Shown here: positions 36,931-51,128 of the stretch, in pieces | Position numbering within the stretch: position 1 is the first letter of the stretch | Layout of the letters: each line of letters opens with the position of its first letter | Source of the DNA: Octopus sinensis | Lineage: Eukaryota | DNA: 64,000 bases | Direction: 5' to 3' | Assembly: GCF_006345805.1 (NCBI RefSeq) | Contig: NC_043005.1 | Span: 108,872,001 to 108,936,000 of the forward strand | Program-made: the position numbers and the translations under genes | The notes under the pieces: generated by a model | What the model saw: the letters and a program-made list of their open reading frames with translations, nothing else | Database searches by the model: none | What the model was told of the DNA's origin: nothing

Positions 36931-37661
36931 GTAGTGGAGATGGTGATTTTGGTATTGCTTTGCTTAGTCCAAGGTTGATAATCTTAACTGGGCAGACATT
37001 TGATCAGAGACATTCCTCCAGTGGCCATCACAAGAGGTTAAGGGTATGCAAGACTCTTATTATCTTATGTATCCTTTTATCATTTAGAATAGTTTTGTAA
37101 TTTGAGGGAGGTCTGGTTGCAACATCTAGCAACCCAGGAGAACATACATTGGCTGCTTTCTAGATCCGTGATGGTGTTGATGAGGAAGAAGGCAGTGTAG
37201 GTAGTGATGGTGGTGTTGGTGATGGTAGAGATATTGGTGATGATGATGATGATAATGATGATGATGATAATGATGATGAGAAAGACGGTGTAGGGAGAGA
37301 TAAGTTATGATGGTTTTGGTGATGATGGGAAATGATTGATAAACAAATATAAAATAACTAATAAAAATATAAAAATCTATTTCAGATAATTATAAAAGAA
37401 ACCTTAGAAAAATGTTTCAGTACTGAAAGTTAGAAATATACACGCATATAAACATATATACATACATATTTGCATGCATACATATATACAAACAGACATA
37501 CATACATACAGATAGGCATATGTGTACATACACAAATAAATATATATATGTATGTGCATGCAAACATGTGTAAGTTTGTATTCGCATACATGGACACGGG
37601 AAAATAAGAATACACATGGCATCATATGTGTGTAAATAGAAAAATATGTAATTTTGTTTAC

Positions 37662-37693
<32 letters not shown>

Positions 37694-37699
37694 TGTGTG

Positions 37700-37957
37700 T
37701 GTGTTTCTTAATAGATACAAATAGATATGTATGTGTGTATGTATATATGTGTTATATATGTACAGTGTTAATCCATGTGTGTGTGTGTGTGTGTGTGTGT
37801 GTTTATCAATAGACACAAATTAGATATGTATGTATGTATGTATGTATGTGTTATGTGTGTACAGTGTTAATCTATGTGTGTGTGTGTGTGTTTATTAATA
37901 GACACAAATAGATATGTATGTATGTATGTATGTATGTGTTATGTGTGTACAGTGTTA

Positions 37958-37999
<42 letters not shown>

Positions 38000-38590
38000 A
38001 TCAATAGACACAAATAGATATGTATGTATGTATGTATATATGTGTTATGTGTGTACAGTGTTAATCTATGTGTGTGTGTATGTGTGTGTGTGTGTGTGTT
38101 TATTAATAGACACAAATAGATATGTATGTATGTATGTATGTATGTGTTATGTGTGTACAGTGTTAATCTGTGTGTGTGTGTGTATGTGTGTGTGTGTGTG
38201 TGTTTATTAATAGACACAAATAGATATGTATGTATGTATGTATGTATGTGTTATGTGTGTACAGTGTTAATCTATGTGTGTGTGTATGTGTGTGTGTGTG
38301 TGTGGTTTATTAATAGACACAAATAGATATGTATGTATGTATGTATGTATGTGTTATGTGTGTACAGTGTTAATCTATGTGTGTGTGTATGTGTGTGTGT
38401 GTGTGTGTGTTTATTAATAGACACAAATAGATATGTATGTATGTATGTATGTATGTGTTATGTGTGTACAGTGTTAATCTGTGTGTGTGTGTGTGTTTAT
38501 TAATAGACACAGATATGTATGTATGTATGTATATATGCGTTATGTATGTATGTACGTATGTATGTGTTTTGTATGTATGTACAGTGTTAA
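37700..38590. repeat. Composite minisatellite, about 9 units of 87-106 bp
   Basis: aatagacacaaatagat core at about 37710, 37808, 37897, 38003, 38105, 38209, 38312, 38415 and 38502. Confidence 0.92.
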
Positions 38591-38864
38591 TCTGTGTACA
38601 TATTGACTATAAATGTTTGAAAATACAGACAGTGATTTTTGTTAGCTTGAAATTTGTTATTTTATCATTTTGCAGAAGTTGATTTGTTGATTCAATGAAG
38701 TTCTTTGTTGGATTCAATTGATGTCTGATTGCTAAATGTGTAAGGATTGTGTTGAGAGAGGAGACAACTGTGAATGCGCTTGTTTCAGTAGGAGGCAGGG
38801 GACACAGTGTAGGAAAGGGAGGGAGGAGAACAGGAAGTGGAGGCTGTGTATAACACCTCTGCCA

Positions 38865-39240
38865 CCACCACCATTACCATCATCATCGCCATCATCATCA
38901 TCGCCATCATTATCATCATCATCATCATCATCATCATCATTGTCGTCATCATCGTCGTCGTCATCACCACCACCACCACCACCACCACCACCACTACACC
39001 ACCATCACAACCACCACCACCATCATCACCACCACCACCACCATCATCATCACCACCACCACCTCCACTACTACTACCACCACCATCATCATCACCACCA
39101 CCTCCACCACCACCACCACCACCATCATCATCACCACCACCACCTCCACTACTACTACCACCACCATCATCATCACCACCACCTCCACCACCACCACCAC
39201 CACCATCAGCATCTTCACATCACCACCACCACCACCACTT
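38865..39240. repeat. (CAT)n/(CAC)n compound microsatellite
   Basis: Direct reading. Confidence 0.95.
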
Positions 39241-39699
39241 TAACATCCACTTCTCCCTACTTGCATAACACTTAAATAGAGAACACATTTCATGCTACCA
39301 TTCCTGCTATCGTTATTCTCACTACAAACACTATTAACAATGATAGAACCACCACCAACACCAAAAGAAAAAAAAGTGAAGGGTCCACTGCATGGTCATT
39401 CAATCTGCTAGAAAGAAAAGCTAATCTACTTCATTTGACACTGATCTTACGAAAAGTCAAGACACATTAGATTATTTAGTCCAGGGTTTCCTATGCCAGC
39501 ACAAAAAAAAAAAATTAGGAAGAATGGTTTAGTCATGGTTTTAATGTCTTTTATTAAATGTTTGCTTGATGAGGACTAAACTTGGATGAAATAACAGTAG
39601 CACTATTTAGAGAAACAACAGGGGTCACCTGGATGATCATGGTAGGAAACACAGTGATACAAACATATAAGTATATAATATGTACCAGATATGTGGATG

Positions 39700-39950
39700 T
39701 AGAGGCACATGGCTTAGTGTTTAGGATGTCATCACCATGATCGTAAGATTGTGGTTTCGATTCCTGGACCAGGCAACGTGTTGTGTTCTTGAGCAAAACA
39801 CTTCATTTCATGTTGCTCCAGTCCTCTCAGCTGGCAAAAATGAGTAACACTGCAATGGACTGGCGTCCTGTCCAGCTAGAGAACACAAACGCCATAGAAA
39901 CTGGAAAACTGGGCCCATGAGCCTGGCTAGGCTTTAAAAGGGCACATTTA
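39700..39950 (+). mobile_element. tRNA-derived SINE with conserved-domain-like body
   Basis: ggcttagtgtttagg...gtttcgattcc head, cttgagcaaaacacttc, ctgcaatggactggcgtcctgtccag. Confidence 0.75.
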
Positions 39951-40799
39951 TTTTTTTATTAGATATGTGGATGGCATGTTTATCACAATGGGGACATCAG
40001 AAGATGTCATGAATTTAAACAGCTTAAAACAACTCTGCACTGAAATTCACCTTTCAAGACTCCATTTCTAGACATGAAATTTTCAGATAGAAAGCAACAG
40101 AAATATGTCTGTTTATACGAAGCACTCAAATAAATACATATACTTACATACTTACATGGCAACAATAAGTATTCGCATAGATATAAGATTTTAGCAGTAA
40201 AATACTTAGATAAACATATAATTTCTGTTCACAAACAAAGCACTGGGTAAAGAAATGTCCAGAATAAAACAGACATTAATCCACAATGGGTATTCTAACA
40301 AGCTATTAGACCAAGGCATAGAGCAATACAAAGATAAACGCAAAAAGTGTATTGTAGGAATCAAATGCTTACGAACGGTTGAATAAATGAACATATCAAA
40401 ATCTTCATAAAACAGATCACAAAATAGATTACCCAAACAGCAAACATTGATAGAATGCTACCAAAAAACAAACAAAAAGAACACACTCAAATTAAACACC
40501 ATCCTATCTATAACAGTCCAAAAGCAAACCTGCAGATAAGCTACTAATAACAAATATGATTTATAAACTTGACTGTGAATGTATAAGTTGTGTACTTCAT
40601 GACTCCAACTGTTATATTGCATTGTATTGGTGGACATATAAAAGCAAAACTCTCTTGCTGAATCTCTACACATTTATAAGCAATTGCAATGTACTAAACC
40701 ACACTGTAAACTAAATAGAAAAACGTTAGTAAATAGCACGTTCATACTATACAGAATTTCTCATAAATAAATAATAATAATAATGAAGGAAATAATATT

Positions 40800-41220
40800 C
40801 ATAATATGTAAATCTCCTCAAGGAATGTGAAGATGCAGGCTGGAAAGCAGAACATTTTCCAATCGAAGTCGGATGTAGAGGGTTCGTTGGACACAGTGTG
40901 AGACGACTGTTGTTATCGTTAGTCCTAACTCATCGTAAAGTCAATACCACAATGACCGATATCCAATCTACAGTGGAGAAGGCTAGCCACTGGATTTGGT
41001 TAAAAAGAGACGATGAGAGATGTCTAGAAGGATATTGAGCTTTATTTGATAACCGGTTGATCTAGCAAGCAGGGCCTCATATCAGTGAGGGGGGCCGGTG
41101 CACAGTGATGCCATTGAGAGGTAGGCACTGAAACGGTGTGCATTCTCTCCTGATGACCCCATACAGTTGCTGGCTTCCGGTATACGGATTTTTAACTGGT
41201 AGCACTTGCATGTGCAAGTT
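40800..41220 (+). mobile_element. Hero-like (R2 superfamily) LINE 3' end
   Basis: Translation YVNLLKECEDAGWKAEHFPIEVGCRGFVGHSVRRLL...VEKASHWIWLKR, followed by a 3' UTR. Confidence 0.75.
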
Positions 41221-42269
41221 ATTTGCAAGACATTATATTGCAAGAATAGTGACACTGAAAATACATTCCAATATAAGTCTAATGGTCAAACTTTGAATTC
41301 TTGTGGTATGGTCCACAGGAATTCCACTTGGCCTGTCTATTTAAAGTGTTAGTACATATTACATCATTATTTCATCTTGCTGATGAGAGTATGAAATTCT
41401 AGAAATGATGATGATGTATTCAAGGAATTTGCAATATTAGAAAGAATTCATAGAAAATTATGAAAAATAATTTATACGAAAACAATAAAAATAGATCATG
41501 TGTCCCAAAGAAAAGTACTTCCACACATATATACACACGAGTATTATGTATGTATATTTATGTGTAAATGTATGTATACATATGTTAATGTGGGTATATA
41601 TGTGTGTTTATGTATGTAGATGCATTATACCACACTCAAATACACACACACACATGCACGTACACAGATATATATGCACATACACACAATCACACATATA
41701 TAGTGATGTTTGGCAATATTGCAATTTTGTAGATGTTTTAGTGCATTCATTTAACTTTTCAATGATAAAATGAATCACTTTTATTTTGGAAAAACTACAG
41801 AAAAATATTGCAACAACTGAAACATTGTGAAATATTTCTACATTAATAAAACAAATAAAAACTTTTAGACTAGTGGTTAAGATGTTGGCCTCATAACTGT
41901 CTGGTCATAAGTTCAGTCTCTGGACTGGGCAGATCATGTCTTTGAGAAAGGCGCTTCAATTTACATTGCTCTAATCTACTCATCTGAAAATTTGTACCAC
42001 TAATGCATTCTCATTGCCCCTTGGCTATTATATGCTTGATGTTCTACTACATCAAGTGATAAGAGATGAAAGGGTCCTTTATGTCTGCTCACAACAACAT
42101 AGGCACCTAAAACAGCTACTGTGAATGTGGTACATACTACTAGATCACAATTGCTTGCAAGTGACAACTAAGGAGTTGTTTTTAAATACTAAGGATTTAG
42201 ACCAAACATAGCATTTCAGAACTTTTTGTGTGTTAGCATTTCTTTGAAAGCAAAGCAAAATATATAAAT

Positions 42270-42820
42270 GTATGAGCAAAACGCCCCCCCCCCATCCAAT
42301 GGATGGTGCTGAATCCTATCTGCTGAATAAAAAGCATTCCACGTTTTCTTTTCGTTAAAAAATAATTAAGCATGCCTTTATTTCAATAAAATTTTTGGTT
42401 TTGTTAAACAAAGTTAAGGCAAAAAAAACCAACTTTTTGATTAAAAAAAAGTCTTTCCTTCCTTCATGCCAAGTTTGAAGAAAATATTTCTTTTGCATCT
42501 TACATTTTTGATCTCTTAAATATGGTGCATTTTGTGGCATTATTTCAGCCAGCTGGCTTTTTTTGTGAAAACTGCACGTGCATTTTTTTTGCATACACGT
42601 AGTATCGATCACAACAGCTGATGTACTTGCGTGTTCAAATGCACATTCCCACAGCTTTATCGATCGCATTCTCATCTGGAATCGATTTTTGTAATTTTAT
42701 CAAGACTTATACATGCCCTGATACCGTCGGTATGTACATATAAAATTTGAGCGCAATCGGATGGAGGATGCCCGAGATCCTAGAAGACACACAGACAGAA
42801 CGGATTTTATATAATTGATA
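42270..42820 (+). mobile_element. Possible non-autonomous Helitron/Helentron-like element
   Basis: The 3' segment aaatttgagcgcaatcggatg...cacacagacagaacggattttatataattgat resembles HINE/DINE-type termini. Confidence 0.4.
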
Positions 42821-42904
42821 TACATGTGTGTGTATGCGTGTTTGTGTGTGTGTGTTTGTATTATATCAAATTAAAACAGTTATACAACCATTCAGAATTC
42901 ATCC

Positions 42905-43005
42905 AACAGTGGCTGTGTGGTAAGTAGCTTGCTTACCTACCACATGGTTCCGGGTTCAGTCCCACTGCATGGCACTTTGGGCAAGTGTCTTCTACTATAG
43001 CCTTA
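42905..43005 (+). mobile_element. SINE family A head fragment
   Basis: gtggctgtgtggtaagtagcttgcttacc. Confidence 0.8.
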
Positions 43006-43033
43006 GTGTTAAATAATGCATTTAACACTTTTG

Positions 43034-43623
43034 CTTTCACTTGTCATTGGCGTATATTTATAGAATATGTTGTCTGAATGGTTGCTCACTGCAACCAAAA
43101 CTTTTCTGAATGACGTCTATTTAGGTGAATACAATTTCTGCTGTTGTTTGTCAACAAGTTCAACAAGAACTTCTGGCGGTGTAGCTGTCACTTATAAACC
43201 CACGTGGGTTTATTTACATTTCTGAAGAAAAAATAAACTCTTCTCCCCACCCCTAACCCTAATCCTAACCCTAACTCTAACTCAAACCCTAACCCTAACC
43301 CTAACCCCACAATCTTTTATTCATACAAACGTGACTGATATGAAATATGTCATAAATAACAGTAATAAACTAAACAGAGACTGCAGGAAGTTGATGTTGA
43401 CAAACAACAGCAGAAATTGTATTCACCTCAATAGACATCATTGATTGGTTGAAATTGCCGAAATGCAAGAAATATAACAACAAATAGCTTACAAACTACA
43501 AAATTTTCTCAAGAAAGCCAAGAGAAAAAGATGTTTTATATAACATATTCTACCAGTATACGAAGTTTAAAAGTGTTTAATTACAATGAAATTATTTTTT
43601 AAATCTGTTGGTCAAAGTGAAAA
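43034..43623. mobile_element. MITE-like foldback element containing (CCCTAA)n
   Basis: Terminal tttcactt/aagtgaaa, subterminal tagaatatgtt/aacatattcta, inner 45-bp inverted repeat at 43112-43156 and 43395-43439, and a telomere-type tract at 43251-43308. Confidence 0.65.
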
Positions 43624-43744
43624 GATCCCAAATGTACTAAGCATAGAAAAGACTTGGAAGCATAAGTGGTAAATAAAAATGAGGGAGAATTTCAAAAGTA
43701 ACCAGACACTATAGCTGCACATAAAAATCATGTCTGTGTGTGCA

Positions 43745-44905
43745 TTTGTATGTAGGCATGAATTTGCTTCCGACCACATGGCTCCAGGTTCAGTCCCATT
43801 GCATGGCACTTCAGACAAGTGTTTTCTACTGTAGCTTCAGGCCAGCCAATGTATGTGTCTTTGTGTCTGTGTTTGTCACTCCTTCACCGGTTGAGAAATG
43901 GTATTGGTGTGTTTGTGTCTCACGAAGTAGCAGTTCAGCAAAAGAGACCAACTGAATAAAAAAAATAAGTGCTGGAGTCAATTCATTCGACTAAAATAAG
44001 TAAAGGATATGATAGGCACAGGAGTGGGTGTGTGGTAAGTAGTTTGCTTACCAACCACATGGTTCCAGATTCAGTCGCACTGCATGGCACCTTGAGCAAG
44101 TGTCTTCTACTATAGCCTCAGGCCGACCAAAGCCTTCTGAGTGGATTTAGTAGACAGAAACTGAAAGAAGCCTGTCGTATATATGTGTATATATATGTTT
44201 GTGTGTCTGTGCTTGCCCCTCCCAACATCGCTCAATAACTGATGCTGGTGTGTTTACGTCCCCATAACTTAGCGGTTCATCAATGGAGACCAATAGGATA
44301 AGTACTAGGCTTACAAAGAATAAGTCCTGGGTTTGATTTGCTCGACTAAAGGCAGTGCTCCAGCATAGCCACAGTCAAATGACTGAAACAAATAAAAGAA
44401 TATCTGTAATACATGTGTATTACAGCATACCAAAATTATTGCAGTGTAACACAAAGCAACAATTACATTAGTGGAAATGAGTACCTCTGAGGTAGAGGAG
44501 GACATCAAAATTTCAGTTCTTTAAATAAGTAATGTTGCTTACCAACCACATGGATCCCAGTTCAGTCCCACTGATTGGCACCTTGGGCAAGTATCTTCTA
44601 CTATAGCCTCGGGCCGACCAAAGCCTTGTGAGGGGATTTGGTTGACGGAAACTGAAAGAAGCCCGTCGTATTTTTGTATGTATATATATATATATATATA
44701 TGTGTGTATGTATGTTGTGTGTCTGTGTTTGTCTTCCCAACATCACTTCACAACCGATGGTGGTGTGTTTACATCCTCGTAACTTAGCGGTTCGACTAAG
44801 TGACTGATAGAATAAGTACTAGGCTTACAAAGAATAAGTCCTGGGGTCAATTTGCTTGACTAATGGCAGTGCTCCAGCATGGCCATAGTCATATGACTGA
44901 AACTA
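43745..44905 (+). mobile_element. Cluster of three SINE family A copies (43745-43995, 44025-44400, 44533-44905)
   Basis: A-family motifs repeated three times. Confidence 0.82.
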
Positions 44906-45059
44906 AGTAAAAGAGTAAAAAGAGAGTAATAACTGTATACTAAAATCATAGTGCAATAGTCTTCAAGATCAGGTAAGAGGATTTCTTTAACAGTGGAGAA
45001 AGAGGAATCATTAATATCTAAATATACCTTCTTTCGGGATATTTTCAAGTATTTTGAAT

Positions 45060-45480
45060 CCTTGTTTTAAGGTGGTTTGCTTCAGAATACTTGTGCTGCT
45101 CTTTGATGATTTTTCCTCTGGCTTAAATAAACATTAACGAAGTGTTTTGGTCAAGTTTGTAATAAACATTTTATAGCATGATGCAATTTTCAATAAAAAA
45201 CATTTATTCAAGTTTTTCATCTCCAATTTCATTATCTTTTTTATATTCTTATCTTGCTGGACTCTTACCAAAACATTTTCCTCTATAGATCCATAAACAA
45301 GTTCTTTATCAATGTCCATCCATTCTTCCAGATTTCCTTCTGTAACATGAGCACACTTAGAATCCATCATATATTTTATATACACTAGTAAATCTTTCAC
45401 AATTTTCTTATTGAAAATGCTAAATCCTGTGAAGTCACGTTTTACATCCTCTTCATAAAACATTAACCCTTAGACACAAT
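45060..45480 (-). mobile_element. pogo/Tigger-like transposase C-terminal remnant
   Basis: Translation DFTGF...EGNLEEWMDIDKE resembles Tigger/Jerky C-termini. No TIRs were identified. Confidence 0.45.
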
Positions 45481-46044
45481 TTATACCAGCCCCTTTCAAT
45501 CTGAATTTCTGATTTTCATGTCATACAGTAGTTGCTTATAACTAAATCATATTGTTAATGTTAAATTTTATCATGAATATAGTGGAGGATTTCCTGCAGT
45601 TAAGAGAAATAAGCAACTGGTGAATAAAGTCAGACCTGAACTCACATTTGAGAGTGTATAAAATTTCCTGCTTCCATGACTATATTAATGGGATGTAGTT
45701 TGAAGTAAGGTACAGGTAGAAAACATCATCTTTTACCAATAATTCAGCCTGTAAGTGCCCTGAGCAAATGTCCTTTAGATATGCTAAGTAATTTATAAAA
45801 TGGAAAGAATATGGCGGTGCCCCAGCATGGCCACAGCTCGTGAGCTGAAACTAGATGAAATGAAAAAAAAAAATGAAATGAAAAAATATAAAAAATGATG
45901 GTATCAGAGTATGAAAAATACATTACCCATAGGCTGAGCCACCTAAAGGCATAAGGCTAGCTTATCTAACTTGCACCAATTTGGCTGAAATTTGAAGGAG
46001 TAATTTATTTTAAAATGATTAGGGATTTTAAAAAATTTGTTTAG

Positions 46045-46460
46045 GCGCAGTAGTGGCTGTGTGGTATGTAGCTTGCTAACCAACCACATGGTTCCGGGTT
46101 CAGCCCCACTGCGTGGCACCTTGGGCAAGTGTCTTCTGCTATAGCCCCGGGCCAACCAATGCCTTGTGAGTGGATTTGGTAGACGGAAACTGAAAGAAGC
46201 CCATCGTATATATGTATATATATATATGTGTGTGCGTGTAAGTTTGTGTGTCAGTCTTTGTCCCCCTAGCATTGCTTGAAAACCTGATGCTGGTGTGTTT
46301 ACGTCCCCGTTACTTAGCGGTTCGGCAAAAGAGACCGATAGAATAAGTACTGGGCTTACAAAAGAAAAGTCCCGGTGTCTAGTTGCTCGATTAAAGGTGG
46401 TGCACCAGCGTGGCCGCAGTCAAATGACTGAAACAAGTAAAAGAGTAAAGAGTAAAGAGT
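46045..46460 (+). mobile_element. SINE family A, full-length
   Basis: Head to gtaaaaga tail. Confidence 0.88.
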
Positions 46461-48155
46461 GATACAACAATGTTTTAGATATTTTAGATGATAAAACTTT
46501 TAAAATATTGAAAACAGAGGCATAAATGATCTCTGAAACAGAAACATCAAAATAAAGCTATTTGAAGCCATCCATATGTCTCACAAGATTATAATTTACT
46601 TGTGTTGGGCGTTATTTAAAAGGCAAGCCAATGTAAGGGTTATTTCGAAAAACAGCAGTTTCTCATATATGCATATGTCCCCTCTCCATGTCACTGATGT
46701 TCTGCAAGGGAAAGGCAAGGACCCATACAACTAGGCAATAATGTTGACACAGGCATTGGCGTCAGAACTCGAAGGCTTGAACAGATTCTTTAAAATATCC
46801 CCTCCAACAATCTCAAACACTTAAACAGAATGCTACTACCAAAAATAAACATGTTACTGCTGTAGTAATTAAATCCAAGTCAAACGAGACAGCCTCCTTA
46901 TTTGGGGATTAGAGCACAAATTAAATGAATCAAACTTTTCTTGATATAATTTACAAGTTAATTGACTATATTATTGAAAAATGATTTTAATCTTTTTCGT
47001 TATATATAGATTGATTAAATATTAATCAATTTAAAAAAACAACTTTAAAAATTATGCGTCTTAATTTGTGGTTTCCATGGCCGTCCATCATTTAGTGATT
47101 CAAATGTTATCAGTATGATGATCTTTCTATATTCAAAACAAAATTCTCTTTATTAATTTTATTTTATAAATTTCGTTAATTAAATTATTTAATATAATTT
47201 ACAAGTTAATTGAATTTATTAATAAAATCAATTTTAATTTTAACAAAATCAATAAAGGTTGATTGAATATTTAGTCAGAAGAGATTCAAACAAAAGCATG
47301 GCAGCAACCATATTTTGTAGTAGAACTATTTGAAGAAGGAAAAAAAAGAATGGCTGTAAAAAATATGAAGAGATGATTAAAAATAAATCATTAAAATGGA
47401 AAAATAATTCTAGTTAAAAAAAAGGATAAAAAGTTCTCACTGGAGTTAGATGGCCCAAAAAGTACTGAACCAAAGGTGTCCCTGGACATGGGAGATCTGG
47501 ATTTGTTCTGGTTAACCTATACTTATCATACTCTAGCATACTAAATATTGTCAGGGGATTATCTTTTTGTGGTCAGAAGAATCCATCAATTGATAAGTAA
47601 TCTCTCTTGGATTCAGTCTGTATTGTCTGGATGTTGTGATGTTCTTGCCTCTCCCAAGGACATTAACAAAATTATGCTATCAGCTACAGTTATGAGGGAT
47701 ACAAATTTGGATCACTTTCTTGGATCACCAGGAACTTGCTGCCTAGAACCACCATATGTGTATACATGTGTGTGTACATATGTCCAGGCATATGTTTGTG
47801 TGTGTGAGAGAGAGAGAGACTACATGATAGTATGTGTGTTTTTTGCGTATATATGTGTGTGTGCTTGTATTTATGAACACATTTTTACACAAAACACACA
47901 CACACACATATATATATACATACACACATGCATAATTATTTAAAAGCAAATATATATGAATAAATATGCAAAGCATGGCAGTGATACATCAAACATAAAT
48001 GTAAGAAGCACAGCTAAATTCACAAAATCTATGCATACACACACACACACTCTCTCACTCTATCTCTCTCTCACACACATACACACACACATGCTCACTT
48101 AAACTATGCATACATCTGCACATATTGATGTTAAAACAAAACTACGAAACTATAT

Positions 48156-48164
<9 letters not shown>

Positions 48165-48193
<29 letters not shown>

Positions 48194-48206
48194 CATATAT
48201 ATATAT

Positions 48207-48239
<33 letters not shown>

Positions 48240-48241
48240 TA

Positions 48242-48312
<71 letters not shown>

Positions 48313-48365
48313 TATATATATTATATATATATGTATATATATATATAGATATATAGATATACATA
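48165..48365. repeat. (TA)n microsatellite
   Basis: Direct reading. Confidence 0.95.
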
Positions 48366-50096
48366 TAAAATATATAATATAACAATACAGGAAAAACATG
48401 CCGGAACATACATATTGACAAATCTGTGGCAGAGTGAAGGCAGGAAGGATGGAATGAAGGCGAAAACTCTTGTAAATCTTAATAAAGATCTTCAAAAAAA
48501 CGTAATCCTATTTGTCAAATTAATCCGCGATCAAATAAAGCGTGTAGAAAGTTGATAGGGTTAAATCTCCACTATCTAATTCAATATCTCTGCCATTTAC
48601 CCCGTTATTTATTCATTTACATAGGGAGATGATAAGGGGAACACTCATGATCCTAGCAAGCACATTGCTTTCATATCGGAGCAATGGGGAGAGGGTTATT
48701 AACTATGTTTATTACACTTTTCTTTATGTTTTCTTTTTCTTATATTTTTGATAATTTGATGAAGTGTTTCATACATATACACACACACACATATATATAT
48801 ACACACACATATGCATATAAACATTTATGTCCGTGTTTCTGTGTATGTGTATTTATGTGTGTTTGTGTGTGTGTGTGCTTTGCTTTCAAAAATTCTATTT
48901 TAGTTTTTATTTCCAGATTTATTTTATGTATTGTTTTTGTTTGTTTACATAATTTGTGTTATTTTATTTGTTTTCTTTTCTCAATTTTCTATTTATTTAT
49001 TTGTTCGTTTAATATATTTGTTTATTGTTATTATATATTTGCTGCCTTCTTTTTTTCTTCCTTGGCTTTAATGTTTGCAACATTATTGTTGTTATTATTT
49101 GTTATTTAATTTTACTATTGTTTTAATTTTTTTTCTTTTACTCTTTTTGCTGATTCCTTTTCATTTTATCGTTATTATTAATTTTTTTGTTTTTTTTTTT
49201 TGTTTCTTGGCATTGAGGATCAAGAATCAGTATTTCATCCTTGAAAGGATAACGATGATGACGATGACGACGATGACGATGATGATAATAACAATAATAA
49301 TATATGCAAGGAAATATGAAGAGCTTGAAGTCTTTAGATTAGAAACCACACAGACACATGCTTGTGTATGAATGTGAATGTGTGTGTGTGTGTATGTATG
49401 TGTATGTGTGTATATATTTATATGTAGTGTGTGTATATGTATGTGTAATAACTGACAAAAGAGAACAAAAATATTTTTGAAAATGTACAAACTTAGCTCG
49501 CTTCATTTTTTTTCAGCTTCCTGCCTCTACCCCGCCTCTTCCATTCTTTCTTCTTCCTCTCAAAAAATCTCTTCAAATTTCTTATGCAACGATGGAAAAT
49601 AAACAACAACAACAAAACAACACTGAAGAAAAACACGCAAACAACAACACTGTCAGCAATAATAATAATTTTTATAAAAGAACCAAAATATTTTGTAAAA
49701 CCTGAACCATGAAACCTTATTATTTTGTTGTAGTTGATGTTTTTTTTTCCCTATTTTTTTTATATTTTATTATTTTTTCTTCCAAATGGTTTGAGAGGAA
49801 ACTGTTGCAAATTATAGAGATTTTGCAAATGTGATTTTCAGAAACTAATAAAAAGAAAATATTAAATAAAGAAATATGATCTTGAAGTCTAAAATATATG
49901 AAAATCAAGTAAAATAAAATGCTGAGAGCATAAGATGAATAAAATAAAGACATTATTTAAAGATATTTGTATAAAACTTTAAAAGTGGGAAAGAAAATAA
50001 ACATGGCAAAGGAATATTTTGTTTTGAAAACAAAAGTGAAAGTAGAATGAAAATAAATAAGAAAATGTGTGAATTGTAAAAAAGAAAGTACGATAG

Positions 50097-50390
50097 GTGT
50101 AGGAGTAGCTGTGTGGTAAGTAGCTTGCTTACCAACCACATGGTTCTGGGTTTAGTCCCACTGCGTGGCACCTTGGGCAAGTGTCTTCTACTATAGCCTC
50201 AGGCCAACCAAAACCTTGTGAGTGGATTTGGTAGACGGAAACTGAAAGAAGCCAGTCGTATATATGTATATATATATATGTGTGTGTGTGTTTCGCTCAT
50301 AAACACACACATTGCCCGGTCAGAAATTTGAACCTACGATCCCTCGACCGCAAGTCCGCTGCTCTAACCACTAGGCCATGTGACTCCACA
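50097..50390. mobile_element. SINE A 5' half (plus) abutting SINE C head (minus)
   Basis: A head at 50097-50280; ccctcgaccgcaagtccgctgctctaaccactaggcc at 50341-50377. Confidence 0.8.
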
Positions 50391-50784
50391 GCTGTTGCAG
50401 TAGTGGGATAGAAGTGATGGTAGAGATAAAAGTAAAGAAAGAAGATGAAGCAATAATGGAGGCAAAAGATTTTGCAATGAAGGCAATATTGGTGTTTCTT
50501 GTTACTATTGTTTACCCCTAGGTCTTAGACCTGATCAAGAGCTATAATCAAAGGCATTCCTATCATGACCATCCTGACTTTTAACTATGTGCAACAGATC
50601 CAGTGCCTCATTCTTTGAAATATTCATTAATGGAAATAGAAATAAAAGGGCATGAGTTACAGGAGATTTGCCTGCTATTTCTAGCAAATTGAGGGACGAC
50701 ATAGAAGTGTTTCCTGGTGAGAGGACTGACGTGTGTGACATATGCTAGTGATGGTTGAAATGGATAGAATTATGAAGAATTTGG

Positions 50785-50966
50785 AAATGCAATCATCAGT
50801 ATCATCACTACCATCATCATCAGCATCACCACCAGTATCAGCATCATTATCTTCACCACCATCCTCACCACCAGTACCACAACCACAATCATCATCATCA
50901 TCATCATCACCACTACCACCATCATCATCATCACCATCACCATCATCATCATCAACATCATCATCA

Positions 50967-51015
<49 letters not shown>

Positions 51016-51046
51016 CCACTACCACCATCATCATCATCACCATCAC

Positions 51047-51085
<39 letters not shown>

Positions 51086-51095
51086 TATCATCATT

Positions 51096-51128
<33 letters not shown>

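Noticed and set aside
41120-41170. GAAA...CTGATGA in the Hero 3' UTR as a type II hammerhead
   Set aside because: Stem II cannot pair.
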